Origin: a candidate division WOR-3 bacterium
Lineage (GTDB): Bacteria > Hydrothermota > 32-111
NCBI GenBank assembly: GCA_039804105.1
Contig: JBDRZU010000001.1
Location: forward strand, 1,088,001-1,152,000
Length of the DNA stretch: 64,000 bases
Direction of reading: 5' to 3'
The notes under the pieces were generated by a model. It was not told the DNA's origin, searched no databases, and worked only from the letters and a program-made list of their open reading frames with translations. This document shows, piece by piece, positions 59,310 to 64,000 of this stretch. The position numbers and the translations under genes were made by a program. Every line of letters starts with the position of its first letter. Position 1 is the stretch's first letter.

Positions 59310-59999
59310 TTAATTTTTAAAACTCTGAGAATAGCCAAAACCAAACCAGGAAAAAACTCCAAAGTATTCAGGATAGTTTAAATATGCTTCACCAATGTAA
59401 ACTTTTTCTCTTTTTGATGTCAAAAATAAATCTATAAAAGGTATATCTATGAAGAGGTGTTTAAAAAAGGTGAATCTGAACTTACTTATCAAATCTATAC
59501 TTGCTCTTTTGTATCTTATATTATCATTGTTTTCAAGATTTTTGTAATACCAATCGTTGTAACCGATTCCAAAAGAATTTATAAAATTGATTTTCAAAAA
59601 TGAAAACTCTTTTTCAAAAGTGTAATGATCTATCAACAACCTTGAAACAAAAAGTGTGCCTATCAAAGAATCCCTGTCTCCTTCGATAAAGGGGATCGCA
59701 TTTGAATCCGCAAGATGTTTCTGACTAAGTTGAACATTTATCAAAATTGTTGATAATCCAAATTTTTCAGATAAAAACTGTTTATTAAATCTTGCTCCAG
59801 CAATAAGTGTATAGTTTGAAACTCCAAGATTTTTAAAATCGTTCTGCAAAAGTTCAGATAGTTCAAATCCGATATAAAAATTATTTATATAAGATGAAAA
59901 ACTTGATACCCACACGAACATTAAAAATATAAAAAAAAGTAACTTTATTACTTTCGGGGACGGTGCTTGACTTTTTGACTTTTTTTTCAACAATAGCAT
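59310..59999 (-). CDS. Putative outer-membrane beta-barrel protein downstream of tRNA-Ala (start uncertain)
   Basis: Signal-like hydrophobic stretch, aromatic strands, ends WFGFGYSQSFKN; tracked start lies inside the tRNA. Confidence 0.55.
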   Translation of the reverse strand: MLLLKKKSKSQAPSPKVIKLLFFIFLMFVWVSSFSSYINNFYIGFELSELLQNDFKNLGVSNYTLIAGARFNKQFLSEKFGLSTILINVQLSQKHLADSNAIPFIEGDRDSLIGTLFVSRLLIDHYTFEKEFSFLKINFINSFGIGYNDWYYKNLENNDNIRYKRASIDLISKFRFTFFKHLFIDIPFIDLFLTSKREKVYIGEAYLNYPEYFGVFSWFGFGYSQSFKN

Positions 60000-60009
60000 A
60001 AAAAAATTA

Positions 60010-60082
60010 TGGAGGTAGTCGGATTCGAACCGACGACCCCATGCTTGCAAAGCATGTGCTCTCCCAACTGAGCTATACCCCC
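60010..60082 (-). tRNA. tRNA-Ala(TGC), CCA not encoded
   Basis: GGGGGTATAGCTCAGTTGGGAGAGCACATGCTTTGCAAGCATGGGGTCGTCGGTTCGAATCCGACTACCTCCA; G3:U70; followed by TAA. Confidence 0.97.
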
Positions 60083-61249
60083 TTAAAATTCAAAACCAGA
60101 ATATGAAAGACCAAAGTTCATCGAGATATTTTCTATCTCTTTTCCTGAAATTATAAATGGAATATTAATCAAATTCTTTGAAAAATCAAGAGATATTTTT
60201 AAATTTTCAAATTTAAATGTTAATCCAATCTTTCCATCATAACTAAAATTCGAATTTTTTATTGATGGATTTAAATTAGGGGAAAAATCTTCCACAACAT
60301 TATTAAATGAACCAGAAAAACCAACATTCAGATCAAGAGATTGTGTTATATAAAAATTTGAACCTATAGAAACTTTTGGGAAATATGTAAAAGTTTTTCT
60401 TGAATTGATCTCAGCAGATGAAAAATAGATCGTTTTTGAATGATAAACAACTTTTTTATATTCACCGGAAATATATGTGTTGTGATAGTTGAACGATTCA
60501 ATACCTGCAAAAATATTGAAAAGCAATGTATCGACCCGATCTATATAAACATCTCCAGAAACATTCCCACTTTCTATTTCTTGATATCCGAACGATTTGT
60601 TTTTATATGTGAAAAGTATACCAATAAAATTTTCATTAAATTTCTGTTTTATCCTCAGATCAGCCCCATAACCAAACGGATTTGATGTTTTTGTTATAGT
60701 TGATAATTTTTCTGAACTTATTGAAATTAAACTTATATTTCCTGCAAGATCAATATCGATTCCATCGAAGAAAAGAAATGATAAAGATGGAGAGATTTTA
60801 AAATCTGATAAAGAAATTTTTGTATTTGAAAATGGAGAGTTTATATCAGTATAATTTTCATCAAAATAAAAAAATGTAAAACCGGTTCCAGCATTGATCC
60901 TATCAAAATTTTTCGCAAAGAACAAAGAATAGTTTACAGGTTTAATAATTTTGTTAAAATTTGTGAAAATGAATTTATCTCTCAAAGAATCACTATAAAA
61001 TTCAATACCAAAACCAATTCTTCCAGTTTGGTTTTCAAAAAAACAATAGGAAAATATACCACCATTGTAAAAATCAAATGAAAGATTGCTTTTAAAAATT
61101 TCTGTCTGGAGATCTGTTGTGATAAATTTTGAAAAGGTTATTGGATCTTTTGAAATTAGGGGAGAGATTTGTAGAGTTGCCCACTCTGTAAGGGAAGAAT
61201 TTAAGGTTAAAAATACAAGGAAAAGGAGTATAAAAATATTTTTTTTCAT
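60083..61249 (-). CDS. 388-aa putative outer-membrane beta-barrel protein between tRNA-Ile and tRNA-Ala
   Basis: SD AAGGAAGG + ATG 61249, signal peptide MKKNIFILLFLVFL, alternating strands, C-terminal FGLSYSGFEF. Confidence 0.75.
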   Translation of the reverse strand: MKKNIFILLFLVFLTLNSSLTEWATLQISPLISKDPITFSKFITTDLQTEIFKSNLSFDFYNGGIFSYCFFENQTGRIGFGIEFYSDSLRDKFIFTNFNKIIKPVNYSLFFAKNFDRINAGTGFTFFYFDENYTDINSPFSNTKISLSDFKISPSLSFLFFDGIDIDLAGNISLISISSEKLSTITKTSNPFGYGADLRIKQKFNENFIGILFTYKNKSFGYQEIESGNVSGDVYIDRVDTLLFNIFAGIESFNYHNTYISGEYKKVVYHSKTIYFSSAEINSRKTFTYFPKVSIGSNFYITQSLDLNVGFSGSFNNVVEDFSPNLNPSIKNSNFSYDGKIGLTFKFENLKISLDFSKNLINIPFIISGKEIENISMNFGLSYSGFEF

Positions 61250-61266
61250 TTTACCTTCCTTAAATA

Positions 61267-61343
<77 letters not shown>

Positions 61344-61357
61344 AGTTTATAAAAAAA

Positions 61358-61371
61358 ATGTGCACTACCAC
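61358..61371 (-). other. 3' arm of the 16S processing stalk (pairs with 62982-62995)
   Basis: Perfect 14-bp inverted repeat ATGTGCACTACCAC / GTGGTAGTGCACAT bracketing the 16S. Confidence 0.8.
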
Positions 61372-61405
61372 CAATTTTCGATTTCTTTTTACAGAAATCC
61401 CTTTA

Positions 61406-62945
<1,540 letters not shown>

Positions 62946-62998
62946 ATTTAATTTTTTTCGAATTAGGTTTTTAGTTTTGGAGTGGTAGTGCACATAAA

Positions 62999-63143
62999 TT
63001 TTCAAAGATCATTAATTTCTATTTTTAAAAGGATAAAAATTATATCAAAATTTTTCTATTTGTCAAGAGCTTTTTTCTTTTCTTTTTTAAGATCAATTTT
63101 TATCAGGTAAAAAGAAATATACACAAAAAAATTTTTTTGTCAA
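62999..63143 (-). promoter_or_regulatory. Tandem rrn promoters P1/P2 and boxA
   Basis: P1 TTGACA(63143-63138)-16-TATATT; P2 TTGACA(63066-63061)-16-TATAAT; boxA-like GATCTTTGAAAA (63010-62999). Confidence 0.85.
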
Positions 63144-63151
63144 GAGCAAAA

Positions 63152-63322
63152 TTATTTTTCTTCTTTTTCTGCTTCTTCAACGAATTTTTTTATATCTTCT
63201 ATCGCTTCAAGTATTAATTTTGCTTTTGATAATCCAAACGAAAAAGGAAATCTATCGTTTTCATCTCTTCTTAGTACCAAAACTTTTTTTCCTCTGTATT
63301 CTGTAATTTCTATTTTTGCCAT
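63152..63322 (-). CDS. 56-aa small protein missed by the ORF track
   Basis: SD AAGGAG; MAKIEITEYRGKKVLVLRRDENDRFPFSFGLSKAKLILEAIEDIKKFVEEAEKEEK; own TTGACA-16-TATTAT promoter. Confidence 0.8.
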   Translation of the reverse strand: MAKIEITEYRGKKVLVLRRDENDRFPFSFGLSKAKLILEAIEDIKKFVEEAEKEEK

Positions 63323-63445
63323 AAAAACTCCTTTTATGTTATAATATATTTTTTTTACTATTTGTCAATATAAAAAATTAATTAATCCATTGACAAATAT
63401 TAAAAATTTTATAATATAATAAAATAATACATTTAAGGAGGAACA

Positions 63446-63763
63446 ATGGATAAAAAATTCTGTCCAAGTTGTGGAAAGGAACTTGATGCAAGAGCAACGA
63501 TGTGTCCAAATTGCGGAGCACCACAACCTGGAATAAAAGATTCAACAAAAGATTGTGGAAAAAATAAAATTACTGCTGGAATTTTAGCTATTTTACTTGG
63601 AGGATTTGGAGTACATAAATTTTACTTGGGTCAAATTGGGTGGGGAATCGTTTACCTTCTCTTTTGTTGGACTGGAATTCCAGAAATAATAGGATTGATA
63701 GAAGGTATAATTTACTTAACTATGAATGATCAAGCATTCTGTGAAAAATATGGGAAAAAATAG
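63446..63763 (+). CDS. Zinc-ribbon + TM2 domain membrane protein
   Basis: FCPSCG..MCPNCG; KNKITAGILAILLGGFGVHKFYLG. Confidence 0.88.
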   Translation: MDKKFCPSCGKELDARATMCPNCGAPQPGIKDSTKDCGKNKITAGILAILLGGFGVHKFYLGQIGWGIVYLLFCWTGIPEIIGLIEGIIYLTMNDQAFCEKYGKK

Positions 63764-64000
63764 TTAACTTTTATTTCTAAACAACTTTATTTCATTCAAA
63801 ATTGCAATAAAAGTTAAAAATATTATTGACAAAATTGCTGATAAAACTACATAAGAATTTCTAAGATTTGATATTTGTTGTTTTATTATTATTCCAATAT
63901 AAGCCCAGATAAAAACAAGGGAAAAAATAAGATCATTATTTTTCAAAATCATAAAAATCGCAAGAAAGAGTGATGCAATTATCATCAAAACTGTCCATAA
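63764..64000 (-). CDS. C-terminal part of a membrane protein (tryptophan-rich sensory protein-like); 5' end outside window
   Basis: DLIFSLVFIWAYIGIIIKQ motif; hydrophobic helices. Confidence 0.5.
   Translation of the reverse strand, partial: LWTVLMIIASLFLAIFMILKNNDLIFSLVFIWAYIGIIIKQQISNLRNSYVVLSAILSIIFLTFIAILNEIKLFRNKS

Noticed and set aside
407..60685. Numerous short ORFs antisense to or nested in long genes (e.g. 407, 775, 3116, 21157, 24099, 44917, 53799, 57175)
   Set aside because: Shadow frames of well-supported genes, with no RBS or recognisable motifs.

Overview
AT-rich bacterial chromosome segment, densely coding. The 16S gene and gene content (gingipain-like C25 protease with a C-terminal sorting domain, beta-barrel outer-membrane proteins, split transketolase, hcp, protein disulfide oxidoreductase) suggest an anaerobic diderm, possibly an FCB-related candidate phylum such as WOR-3/TA06; this placement is inference only. 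Contents: addA and the start of addB; an orphan CRISPR array (26 x 31-bp repeats, transcribed on the minus strand from its own TTGACA-16-TATAAT promoter, no cas genes in the window); housekeeping genes (tkt, ftsEX, tsaD, prmA, mtnA, trxB); signalling, envelope and redox clusters; and a 16S rRNA locus. Most notable: (1) an rrn operon with no 23S/5S, in which a 388-aa outer-membrane-type gene fills the space between tRNA-Ile and tRNA-Ala and further protein genes follow; (2) a ~47-nt promoter-proximal terminator leader, a candidate new riboswitch/attenuator, ahead of an isochorismatase - FAD oxidoreductase - atypical RlmN-like radical SAM operon; (3) a window-wide promoter grammar with a 16-bp -35/-10 spacer and many apparently leaderless genes; (4) CRISPR spacers almost all antisense to mRNA, a type III signature; (5) a sigma54-driven operon of secreted Ca-binding/low-complexity proteins with tandem enhancer palindromes. 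All calls are by-eye motif recognition; no database searches were run.
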